Positions 26,735-38,553 of a stretch of 64,000 nucleotides of DNA are shown here, in pieces. The position numbers were made by a program, and so were the translations under genes. Below the pieces are notes generated by a model. It worked only from the letters and a program-made list of their open reading frames with translations, had not been told where the DNA came from and made no database searches. The stretch is from Camelus dromedarius (taxonomy: Eukaryota). The first letter of the stretch is position 1. Each line of letters begins with the position of its first letter. The DNA lies in NCBI RefSeq assembly GCF_036321535.1, contig NC_087436.1, positions 30,878,001-30,942,000 on the forward strand, read 5' to 3'.

Positions 26735-27640
26735 CAATTTAGGTGGGTCAGTCTTCTCCACAGATGTTCTAAGGACCCAGGTTTCTTCTTTTTTTTTTTT
26801 TAATTTTTTTATTGAGTTATAGTCATTTTACAATGTTGTGTCAAATTCCAGTGTAGAGCACCATTTCTGTTATACATGAACATACATATATTCATTGCCA
26901 CATTTTTTTTTCGCTGTGAGCTACCACAAGATCTTGTATATATTTCCCTGTGTGATACGGTATAATCTTGTTTATCTATTCTACATATGCCTGTCAGTAT
27001 CTACAAATTTTGAACTCCTAGTCTATCCCTTCCCACCACCCTGCCTTGGCAACCACAAGTTTGTATTCTATGTCTATGAGTCTGTTTCTGTTTTGTATTT
27101 CCTTTTTTTTTTTCTTTAATTCCACATATGAGCGATCTCATATGGTATTTTTCTTTCTCTTTCTGGCTTACTTCACTTAGAATCACATTCTCCAGGAAAA
27201 TCTATGTTGCTGCAAATGGCGTTATGTTGCCAGTTTTTATGGCTGAATAGTATTCCATTGTATAAATATACCACATCTTCTTTATCCAGCCATCTGTTGA
27301 TGGACATTTAGGCTGTTTCCATGTCTTGGCTATTGTAAATAGTGCTGTTATGAACATTGGGGTGCAGGTGTCTTTTTTAAGTAGGGTTCCTTCTGGATGT
27401 ATGCCCATGAGTTGGAATACTGGGTAAGGACCCAGGTTTCTTCTGACTTTTTACTTTGCCCTCCTATTGTCCCATCTACAAGTTTGAAGCTAACTTACTC
27501 TATCAACCCCAAGAAAGAAGAAACAGAGAGGAAGAAGTGTTGCCTTAAGAAACTGGCATGAGACTTGTCTTTATGACAGACAAGAAGCTGAGAAGTGTAC
27601 TCTCCACCTGGACTTCCATGGACCCTATGAAACAAGTATG
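26735..27640 (-). mobile_element. Old MLT1-like LTR relic hosting the young L1
   Basis: aggacccaggtttcttctgac... and agaagctgagaagtgtactctc resemble MLT1 text on both sides of the L1. Confidence 0.35.
26790..27424 (-). mobile_element. Young 5'-truncated L1 (635 bp) with a perfect 20-bp TSD
   Basis: taaggacccaggtttcttct at 26770-26789 and 27425-27444; poly-T tail; ORF2 C-terminus KDTCTPMFITALFTIAKTWKQPKCPSTDGWIKKMWYIYTMEYYSAIK. Confidence 0.97.
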
Positions 27641-28709
27641 GAAGGAGAGTAGTGTGAGAACTGATACTGGAGCAAGTTAGTAAGCTTTGTCATATTCATT
27701 CATTTCTATTTTGAAAATTTAATAATTTTAAAATATTTATCATCTAAGGAAATCCATTAGTATTTTGAAATTGAGAGTACCCTAGTCACCATTACTCTTT
27801 AAAATTAGGATTGTATAAACATGAATTTAGTGAAGAATTTTTCCTCTCCCAGGGCCACTAGCTTTGTCAGAGTCAGAGTAGTTATGAGTTACAGATCACT
27901 GCATGTGCTCTAGAGTTTATGATGCAACGTCACACTCATTTTTGAAAGGAAATGGTCAATGGCACTCTCCTTTCTGAACATTATGTGGCAATTAAAGATC
28001 TCAAGATGATTTGTAATTGGTAGATTCATAAAATGTAACTTTATGACAGAATGAAGATTAGAATTCAGCGTATACTTGATAAAATCACAGAAAATAACAA
28101 AACATAGTTTCATAATATGAAAATGTACATTTTTATTTAATTCACACAAGATGAAAATCTCCAAGGAATGCAATTAAACCTTTCAAATGTAATAATTTCT
28201 GACTTGTTCTGGATAAAAGTCTTACTTATACATCTACTGTCATTTGTCAAAAAATAAAAATAAAAAACACTAAGTGGAATCAGTGTGGGCTATGCAGATG
28301 TGACCTCAATTTATGAGGTTTAAAATCTGTGATTTGATTTCTAAAATCTTTAGGTTTTAGATATTTCCTGTCCAATTTAATTTCATGAATTTTAATAATA
28401 TTTGGCAAATAATTTTTAAAGTCTAAGCTTACTACCAAGGAAATAAAATTTGCTTTTTAGAAGAGTCCCAATTCTTGAAAGTCAAATTTATCACTAACTG
28501 AATGGATCAAAAGAAGGCTTCTAATTGACCCAAGGTAAAGGAAAGTTTTAGGCCTTCGCTAGATTCTATACTGTACTAGGACTTAAATATAAGTGTGTAA
28601 ATATATATTTGTCCACAAAGTAGATGGCTGATGGTTTCAGAAATGGACAGCATTGTGGGCAAATAATCAAGAATCAAAATGATATTCATTTCCTCAGTAA
28701 ATACTCATA

Positions 28710-29660
28710 CGCTCATTGCATTCACTCTTTGTCAGTGAGTGTCCTATGACAGATATAAGGAATTCAGCAGAGGAAATAAAATGGACTATGCCCTAATGAA
28801 ATTTAAATTCTAAGGGGAAAGACAGGCAATAAACATATAATGACAATTTTGATGAGTGTCATAAAAGGAGATGCGGAGAGATGATTTACTGAGGCACCTA
28901 ATCTGCTCTGAGGAGATTAGCAAAGGAAGTGACAACTTAGTTAATACATAAAGGATGATGTAAACTTACGTATGTGTAGATGTTGTGGTGAAGAAGAGGA
29001 GCTTCTGGAAAAAGCAATTTCCGGTTGTAATGCCTGGATGTGAAAAAAGCAAGCACGTGTAGAACGAACTGATGTCCCACTGATCTGAAGCATTCACAGG
29101 TGTAGAAGTAGAGGGGGATGAGAGATGAACTTCAAAGAAGTGGGCAGAGAAAATACATTAACAATACTTGTTATCTGTATTAAGCATTTGGAACTTACTG
29201 TAAAAGGAACAGAAATTAGGAAGCATGGCCAAAAGCCTCCATCTCTAGACTCAGGAATAAAGGGCAGTGGTTCTCTGGTCTACAGCAATAGCAGTGGTAG
29301 TAAAAAGGTGACAGGGTTTAGATCAATAATATTTGGTGATAGAGCTGAAGGAGGAGTGAGAAAGAGAGAGGAGTGAAGGATGATTCTGAAACCATTGCCT
29401 TCAGAAACTGTATACATCGTTTTATCACTGAATGAGATAGAAAACAAGTGAGGGAGGGGCTAGTTTGGGAATGCAGGGGTCATGAGTCTATTAGTCTAAG
29501 TTGTCTTTAAGACATCTAAGTAGAGAGATCTAGCAGGGCACTGGCTATATAATTTGCAGATCAGGACAGTTTCTAGGTTGAAGATGGAAATTCAACAGCT
29601 CTCAGCCTATTTCTGGTAGAGGAGTCCTTGGGAGTGGATGAGATTATTTAGAGAGGATAT
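28710..29660 (-). mobile_element. L2 LINE 3' fragment
   Basis: gccctaatgaaatttaaattctaagggga aagacagg...; gagtgaaggatgattctg; ttaagacatctaagtagagagatctagcaggg; gagtggatgagatt. Confidence 0.75.
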
Positions 29661-31821
29661 TAAAAGACAACAAATACATTTTAAGACAGGTTAAATCAAG
29701 ACACAATTGAAATGAATGATATTCTTTCATTTTACTAAATGATCTAAATGAAGTGATTCACCAAATTACCAAATATCTAGGAACAAAAAAACTCATTCTT
29801 TTCATAAAACACAATGATTTTTAATAATAGGTGCTGATTTCAAGAACAGAAATGGTCAATTTAAAAGTCTAAAGAATTATAGAATATAAAAATTAAATAA
29901 TTTTAAATTACTAATATAAGCAATATAAGCAACTAACTCCAATAGAAGTGACCTAAATAAGACACTGAATATAATAGTCTAGGATAAGGAAAGTGATATT
30001 ATGTGTCCTAGTAACAGGTTGTCAGTGAATGAAACTATGTGTCTCTTACCAGGTTATATATAAAAGACTCTGTCTAAAACAACATTTTCTTCAATACAAT
30101 CTCTAGTTGTGCTCAAGAAAAGGTAGAGTGAAAAGATAAGTTCCAAGTTCTACCATAATGTTTTATTGGGAACAATGGTTCTCATAACAAGAAAAAATAA
30201 CAACGCACATGTGCACATTTTTGTAGAAATTAACTTTCTCTCTTAAGGACTCATCCTTATTACTCTTATTAATACTTAGAGATACTTCAGTTATTAAGTT
30301 CATGATCCTAAGAAAAGTTGGTGACTTTGTCTTTAAAGTAATTTGAGTTAACTTTGTGAGACTGAAAAGCCCACAAGACCTAAATTAATATCCTGATTTT
30401 ACCACTTACTTAAATTTTCTGAACCTCAGGGTTTTCACCTGGAAAACAGATTAAAAACACTTTGATCACCTTACAAACCAAACTGTGAAGAACCAAATGA
30501 GATAAGGTAAGTGACAGATTTTATTACAATGTCTAAAGCAGCTTAAGTGCCATTTGGAATTTGGTCATGTAAATGAAGAACATTATTATCACACAAATCA
30601 AGGAGAAAATAAAAAGAAAGACATCTGTGTCATAACATATTTTCCAGAGCACATAAGAGCAAAGGAAAAAGATCACATCTACGAATCCACTGATACTTCT
30701 TGAAGGAAGCCACAATGACATCAAAGAATACTATTCACTTCCACTTGTGACACCTCCATGAAGGAGGAACACATGAAGACAGGAGTAACAATGTGAACAT
30801 AATGGATCTGCATAATCCAAAACTAAAGATTAAAAAGCTACATGAATGTCCTTGAAATACTGAAATTCTTTGAAAACCTGGGAAGTTCATAGGCAAATAA
30901 GAGCTTTGGAAATCTCACATACTACGTAAAAATTGAAGAACAAAGTGAGTTTCCTTAAGTAAAAGTTGTAAAATGAATTAGCTTTTCCTTTTCATTAAAT
31001 TTATAAATGTAGTAAATAAAACTGACTTCCGTTCCTAGGAAGATGACTTAACATAATCAGTACTTTAAAGTGACTTTCCCCCAACTGACTTATTTGCTTA
31101 CACTGGTCTTTATTTTACATAATAATATCTTAGGCTTTCTTACACTGGCAGTCACAGAAGCTGAAAGTTAAAGTACCTTTCCTGAAACTTTTGCTATAGT
31201 TCACATCAATACCTATTCTACATTACAGACAAGTAGCCTTACAAGAGCTATAAGCAATGTGTGACAAGTGTCTGCAGTACATGCAAACACAAGTGAAATT
31301 AGCTTTCATTTCTCCCAAGAGTCATTAAACAGTACATGTGAACAATATAAATTACTTCTTGTCATATTTTTCCATTTGATCAGTTGAAGGATCCCTTTAT
31401 AAAATGTGGGGAAGAGGAAAAGTACTGGCAATATGACACCCCTTTATGTTCAATTTGAAAGTTTGTTCAATTTTATATTCACACTACTCTACTCTCTGAT
31501 GGTCTCTTTTCAAAATGGGATTCCTTTGATAGTCAGGCATCTTGTATCTTATTCCTCCAGGCTAAGATCTCTATTTTCACTGCTTCCTTTGGAAAATTAG
31601 AATTTCTGTCTTCTACAATATTAAGTAGAGGCTTTTTAAAAGTGCTTATGACTTGACAAAAAATGCATTAGCTGTGAAAACTGACAAGAATTTGTGCTTG
31701 TGGAGACTGCAAGAAGGAGCAAAGTCTCTATTACTAACATATTGCTTTTTATTATAAAATATGACTCCCATTAGTTTTGGGCTACAGCCAAGTCTCTTCT
31801 CATGGTTTAAAAAGGAGTTAC

Positions 31822-31919
31822 CTTGACAAGATTCAACTTAAATCACATCTTGATCTATATTATGAACACAAAGGAACCCTTTCTGCATTAAAGTGACAAT
31901 AAGAGTCTGATTTATAATC
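31822..31919 (-). other. Candidate internal exon (98 nt)
   Basis: tttctttgctttag|GATT ... CAAG|gtaact. Confidence 0.4.
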
Positions 31920-32419
31920 CTAAAGCAAAGAAATTCAGAGTTAAATAAATCAAATGACTTAGAACTTGTCCCGGGATTTTTCGCAAGGGTGTGAAATCTA
32001 TGAGGAAAAAAGAATAAATGCTGTGGCAAGTATTTCATCTGTAAACTCAAAGTATTATATGGGTATATTAAGCATGCATTTTCACTTTGGTGAATTTCAA
32101 AAAGATAATTAGAAATAAGACAACTGTCTCCTCAGAACTGCAATGCAATTTGTGGTGTTTCTAGACCTGTAATAATTCTGAGGGTTTTTTTTTTTCATTT
32201 CTTTTCTTTCCTTTTTTTTAACTAGGAGTATGATACAGGTTTACAACTAGTTCACGTATTTCATAATCTTAAACACCCCCAGGAAAATTTATTTCTGGTC
32301 AACTCACTTAAACCATCTAGTATCTGTCTAAAGCCTCCAAGCCTAACAACTCTATAATACATAAAAGAAAATATCTCCACAAAGAACAGAGCACAGCCTC
32401 AAGGAAAGGAGACAAACAC

Positions 32420-32770
32420 TTATTCATTTAAAAAAAATTCAATGAGTATCAAGCACTATTCTGAATGACAGCAAATTTAACAAAATCCATACCCTCATGG
32501 AGCTCAACTTTAAGGACGACTCCAACACAAATATAACAATTATCTAATAGTTATCTCCTGGGATGGAGGGTAGGCTAGAAAATGGAAGGCACAGATGGGG
32601 TCAGGATATTGCAGGAAAACTTTCAAAAGAAAATAATATTAAATTGTTTTAAGTGTGACTAGAGGGGAGGAATATGCTCTCAGCAGAAGGCATACTGTGA
32701 AAGAAAGTGTGTGCTTGAAGAAGCATATGCTTGAGGGATCCTGAAAAGAGCAGTTGAAGGGAGATGAAGA
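32420..32770 (-). mobile_element. L2 3' end relic
   Basis: tattcattt...aatgagtatcaagcactattct...accctcatggagctc. Confidence 0.5.
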
Positions 32771-33893
32771 AGAGACGTCAGAGTCCTTAGTCGTGTATTC
32801 GGGACCTCTGGGGTAAGAGTCTCTCACACATGGCTTTGAAAACAAAATTCGAGATCTAGGATAAGATTGCTCTGTAAAGAAAACCAACCAAATGAGAAAT
32901 GATGAGCACAGACAGCTAGGACAGCTCCATTCCTCTTCAGAGAGGATGTTCCATACGCTAAAGTAGGAATAAAACTCCATTCACTTTCCTTTTTGCTTTG
33001 AAATGCTTCCCAATCTCTATCATATCTATATGGATAATAACTCTCTAAAGAGTGACCCAGTTACAAATAATTACAAATAATCCTGCAAACTAAGTTAAAT
33101 ACTTTTGATATTTACATGCAACTAAATTTTACCTATTAACAAAATCAGTAAATATTTTTGGAAAATGTTTAACACCAAGATGTATTAGATACTAAGAAGA
33201 AGTGTTAAGAGGATGACTTCTTGGTCAGTGCTCTCCTAGAAATCCAACTCAATTTAAAAGTGCTTAGTTTCATAAGCAATATACTTTTTAAATTATTAAC
33301 GCTGTTTCTATGCCTTACTAAACTAACACAGTATAAGTTAGTACTTGAATTAACTTTTCAACACTACTTTGCATTTTGATTAACTGAAACCTAATATATG
33401 TATTCTAAATTACCAAGATATATAGAAAGTTGCATATATTTACTCACACTCAAGTTGAAACATTAGGCCTTTACTTTGCCACTGTATAGTTACTCTTTCA
33501 TGGAAATATGCTAAAGTTAGTGGAAAAAAAATGAAAAGAAGCCAAATTAGCAGTCATTTATACTACTGCTACCAATGAAAGTGTACATTTTAATCAACAC
33601 TAAACAGAGAAACTAATTACTATTGGACCCAAATTCACATTGTGGGGATTAGAACTAACGTTTGTTTTACTTGTTTTTAAACAATATACAGGAAGCACTT
33701 GCCATGTTTACACAAATTCAAAATTTTGTACTCAAGTAAACAGTTCTAAAATGAAAGAACAGTTGAGGCGGAAAATGATCTTTAGACCACGAAACTCCAC
33801 TCCATATTTTTCAAAAAGTGTGATTTATAGAGTGAGATGCTAACATTCTCACAACTTGCTAGTATCAGAGTTCAGATTGGATCCAGCTCTTAC

Positions 33894-34097
33894 TTGTAAT
33901 TAAGGAATCTATCCACCAGATCACGTTGAGTCCTTACACTGTGGGACTGCAGAACACCTGTGATGATGAATATCAACTGTAGCCTTAACCAAGGACAGCC
34001 CAAAATGGTAAACCATCTCTCTGCCATCAAACTTTTAATGCAACCCAGTGAAGGATTTCGCCTTAACTCACACAGATCACTTAGGTATTATGAAGAA
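33894..34097 (-). other. Candidate internal exon (204 nt)
   Basis: tttgtttatttattcag|TTCT ... CAA|gtaaga; locally more GC-rich than its flanks. Confidence 0.4.
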
Positions 34098-34739
34098 CTG
34101 AATAAATAAACAAATATACAATTAAATAATTCCCTCAAAATGTAACCATAACTATAATTAATGACTAAGTTAGACTCAATTTCAGAAATAAATTATCTAG
34201 TATTATACAAGAAGATGAAGGAGATTCTTTTGGATTCCAGACTGCTTTTGTCTTTTAGTTTAACACTATTAAAACTGAGTCTATAAGCCATAAGCTTAAC
34301 TGATTAATAGTCAATTATGTTCAAATAGTTTAACCAAAATGGTTACTTGACTTCATATACCACTCAGCTGACTGAGAGCAGATGCTTATGGTTGTCAAAA
34401 AAAAAATCATTTACTGTTTTATGGGAAGAAAATAAATACTCTCAAATATTTTTAATAATTGAAATTTAATAAAAATAATACACTAGGCTTAAAAGTAGAA
34501 GGTGACTTTGAATCCAAGTTCTAACACTTCCTACCTATATGTTTTTTGCTAGTCCATTTAATCATTTGTAACATGAGATCAGCATTACCTTCTTTCTATT
34601 CCACAGGAAGTTTAAGGGATTAATACAATAATATATTGTAAGTTGTCTTGTAAATCAAGACATGTTATATTTGTATTGGAGGCTATGAGAGTTGGTTTAA
34701 AAATATGGAAACAATTTTAACCAGTCCATCAAAAATTAC

Positions 34740-35171
34740 TGTGTATAGACTTTGTTGAATGTTTTCCCATACCTCTCTGCTTTCCAAACCTTGCAAACCC
34801 TGCTTGTTTAATAAAACTTCCTTGTTGTCTGGCTACTAGTTGGAACCAGCCAAGAAGACGACCAGCAGAAGATTAGAGGGAGGAAGAAAATTGTGGAGCC
34901 CATCCCCACAGCTCTTTCACCACCCGACTACGTGCTTCAATTGAAAATGGTCACAGATCTTGTCAAGACGTTCTCTCTCTCCTGATTCCTGTGACTTCAT
35001 CTTTCCCTTACGTTTCTAGTTTAAGGGTAGTAACAGTGTCCCATATTACTATGCCATCCCCTTAAATTTTGCTATAACTTGCTATCCCTTTATAATTACT
35101 TTTACCAAACTCTCTTCAAATTCCCAACTTGCCAATACAATCCATTCCCTCCTGGGAACCTGACTGATATA
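34740..35171 (+). mobile_element. LTR33-like (ERVL) LTR relic
   Basis: cagcagaagattagagggaggaag...; ends ccattccctcctgggaacctgactgatata. Confidence 0.6.
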
Positions 35172-35461
35172 AAACTTTAGCATTTGATAATAATCCAGAA
35201 CTGCAGGGTATGCCATCCTGATGGTGGTGTTTGCTTGCTTTTTTACCCCTTAGTAATACCTACTGATTTGCTCAATTCTATCTCCGCTTTCTTACACAAT
35301 CCACTTTAAAATTAATAATACATGTTTCCAAGTAAGGGCTCTCTCTTAGGCTCCACTATGGACCAAATAAAGCTAAATGTCATATACTATAAAATCAATC
35401 CCCATGACTTACAAATTTTAAAAAGATGAATGATAGTGTTCAATAAAGCAATCCACAATAC

Positions 35462-35621
35462 CTCTTGACAAGCTGTCACCACCAATTTTTCGCCAGTCTT
35501 TGATGTAGATTTGGTAAGTGATCAAGAAACCAATATATAGGATAACAGAACAATTATCATGAAAACCTTTCTTCTAGCATGTAGAATACAGTAAAACCAA
35601 ATGGCAGCTAGGAGCTATATC
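35462..35621 (-). other. Candidate second exon (160 nt)
   Basis: ttagtttccccag|GATA ... GAG|gtattg; alternative donor TTT|gtaagt at 35413/35412. Confidence 0.35.
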
Positions 35622-37333
35622 CTGGGGAAACTAAGCTATCTGAAATTTCTGTTTCTCCACTGAATTAGGAGTTTGACTGCAGAGGTCAGTATTTTGAGAA
35701 AATAAACAGCAACATGAATTCCAGTGCTGATTGCATGGCCACTTGTACTTCTGTGAGAAATGCTGTAATACTTTTTTTTTTTTTTTTTTTTGGTTAGGCT
35801 TGATTTTTTATTTTATAATTTTTTACTCATTTGATACAGAAATAGATGATCATATCACGTAATGATTCTGAGAAAGTAATGTTATCAGCACCTAAACTAC
35901 TCCCTGATCTTAGAAAATTGTGTGGCATTTCCACACTGCTAGAATACAATGGGTCAAATTACTTAGAAACAGAATATAGGTTTTGGAGTATTTTGTATAT
36001 ACAAGTTCCACGTCACAGTTCAGTTTTTGATGTTATTCACTACTTAAAATTACCCTAAATCTCAAATGAAAATCCAACATATGCCTTTCTTAGGAAAGGA
36101 ACCAGAATTTTGTCCTGATCTCTATTTACCAAAAATTTATTCCATTGCTAGAGGAAAGTAATCTTGTATTTTAATATGGCTCTGAAAACAAAGAGTTAAA
36201 ATAAATTCTCAAAGCATGTAACTGAATTCTAAGAGCTGCTAAACTAAGCCAATCATTAAAAATAATAGATTTCACCTGCTGTTCTATTAAAAAGAGTATG
36301 GTGTTATAGAGAGTAGAAACTTCAGATCATCAAGTCTAGAATGCAACTCTGGGAACAGTAGAGTTCCATCTAAAGAAAATCTTTACATCTGAACTACATT
36401 AGAGATTCTTAAAGTTTTTCAAAAGAGTAACTTATACTTACTACTTATAAGTTAATGGTTCATAATTATGGCTTTACCATAATGACTCATCAACTTTCTT
36501 TCCATGTAAATATACCACCTCACAATTCATAAAGTGACAAGTATTGAAACAGGCACTAGGCAAATTTGAAACTCCTCAAATGACATACATAAATAAGAAA
36601 AATGTCTCAAGATTGAATTACTGGGCCACAAATGTAACTGATGAAATAAATGATGGAGGAAAGTGTTGCTGTTTTGATATAAATATTTCATTCCATGATA
36701 TTTTTTGACATGAAAGCCAAGAAAATGCATTATAATTTCAATATTATAGATAATTACCTTTTTCTTTGTATATATGTATATTTTTATCACTTTATATTAA
36801 ACTTTAAAAGAAAAAAATACCCTGAAGTTTAATTAAGAGTTTTAAATCACAGGAATTAACTAATTTATATCTATGAACAGTGATAAACATTTGGTAGAAA
36901 AAAATACATATAATTCTTTTGTGCAAGGGACCTAACTTTACTAACAAAAATGATTTTAATGGTGTTTAATTTTTAATTTAATTCTTATGATATGTGTTTA
37001 CATAAGTATACATTAGTTCATCTTATTTACATTTCTTGGCCATGAAACTGTGCTTTTAATATGTTTAAAATATCATTAAAAAGAATGTCAAAACCACGTA
37101 GTTTCTGCATGATTGGCATTAAAGCTTTTCCTGCTGGGATTTAATGAGAGCTTTGGATCAAACGTGTCAGAAGCACCTCCTAATCAAACAAAAAATAAGT
37201 TTGTAGCAGAATGAACTTAGTTAAGACTTAAGATTTTGCTTCCCAAAGAGTTATCTGAAAATGTATATAATTTAATAAGGGTAGTTCTAGTACAAAGTAG
37301 AAAGGAACGCAGAACAGAAAAGCACTTTCTTAC

Positions 37334-37600
37334 CTTCGTAGGTTCAGGACAGCCTCCCTGCCACAGGCCATCTTAGTTTTGGCTCCTTTGAAATGTTCGG
37401 CCTTCTCCACTGCGCTCATGCTGCACGGTGTTTCTTCATGGAAAGAAACTACATTTCTTCCCCAGCACTTCACAACATTCCATTGAAGTCATATTGGACT
37501 CACAGTACTCTGCTGAGACATCTTTAAAAGGGAAGAGGTCACTGTTGAAGCGGGTTCTCCTCAGTTCCGCCCAGAGTCGCTCGCTCAGCAGGTGAGAGCA
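37334..37600 (-). other. Candidate first exon (TSS position uncertain)
   Basis: Runs from the CpG island to a strong donor CGAAG|gtaaga (GT = 37333-37332); contains the YY1 motif AAGATGGC in sense orientation. Confidence 0.6.
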
Positions 37601-37770
37601 AAGTTTCCGGAAGCTGTGAAGCCGGGACTGCGCAGGCGGACAGCGAGGGATTCCGGGCGCATGCGCTCAGGCCGCTGCTTTGCCACTGCCTCCCAGCCTC
37701 CAAAGCCGCTGCCGGAGCTTTTGGCGCCCGAATTCGGCGGGAAAACGGAGCTGGAATATAACGTAGACAA
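37360..37770. promoter_or_regulatory. Small CpG-island promoter, probably bidirectional
   Basis: 21 CpGs counted in 37551-37763 within an otherwise CpG-poor window. NRF1 GCGCATGCGC 37657-37666 and TGCGCAGGCG 37629-37638; ETS TTCCGGAAG 37605-37613; GC box CCGCCC 37567-37572; E2F TTTTGGCGCC 37719-37728 and GGCGGGAAAA 37736-37745; YY1 GCCATCTT 37367-37374; ZNF143-like ACTACATTTC..CCCAGCA 37448-37467. Confidence 0.85.
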
Positions 37771-38553
37771 GGTAGCCATTGGTTTACTTACATTACCTGA
37801 TTTAATTACTCAACTGAGGAAGAAAGTATTTTCTTGCTGGTCTATTCTCAAATTCTTAGGGCAATTTAAAAAAAAAATGACAGACTACTTCTCTAGTCTA
37901 TGCAATTCCAATAGTAAAATTAGATGGCCTTCTATTTATTTATTCATTCACTTAACAAGTTTAATTTAGTGAGGACCTATTTCAAAGTATGCATTTTACA
38001 AGATACTTAAGATTTGGGAAATGGAAGTGCTTCCTTATTTCTGGTCTGGTTTCCTAAATAGATGTGGTAACATTAACCAAAAAAATGGAATATAAGCAGA
38101 TTAAGATTACAAGGGAATATATTATTTTTCTTTGATTTCATATCAGATTTATAACAAGTTGCTTGATATCTGAAGAAGTATAATGAAGTAAACTTCTTAA
38201 GTTGGTTTAGAACGCCTAGTATGTATTTTTCTTGACTTTGTTTCATAAAATTTTAATTATTAAAAGAATTTTGTATTTTTTTCCTTCTGTTACTTGTAAA
38301 TTCCTGTGGTTTTGAATGAATCTGAAACCTCAAAATAAAACCCACATATTACAGGTAAATATTTTGCCTGACCCCACTCCAAATAAATTGAAGAATCTAC
38401 CAAGAAAGATATTTTTACCCACAGGTACTTTTGATTTGCTCTCTCATCTTACAAGATAATATTTGGTGAAATCATTTTAATGTTCTAGGTAATGTCTATA
38501 GGATACAGTAGATTCACATTAAACTAAATTTCTTTCTTTTTACTTCATTCTGC

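Larger units (their letters stand above)
11650..37600 (-). ncRNA. Putative spliced lncRNA (or micropeptide transcript) from the CpG-island promoter; identity unknown
   Basis: Promoter at 37.4-37.8 kb, strong first donor AAG|gtaaga at 37334/37333, several exon-like segments with good acceptor and donor pairs, and a terminal exon with AATAAA. No long spliced ORF. Confidence 0.45.

Noticed and set aside
33960..34101. Box C (GTGATGA) and box D (CTGA) suggesting a C/D snoRNA
   Set aside because: No terminal stem, long spacing, and on the strand opposite the putative host transcript
37722..37732. TGGCGCCCGAA matches the start of a tRNA-Lys retroviral primer-binding site
   Set aside because: Only 11 nt match and there is no adjacent LTR end; better explained as part of the E2F site pair
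37592..37969. 125-aa + strand ORF over the CpG island
   Set aside because: Starts at a GTG that is also a splice-donor GT, is open mainly because GC-rich DNA lacks stops, runs into AT-rich sequence, and resembles no protein I know
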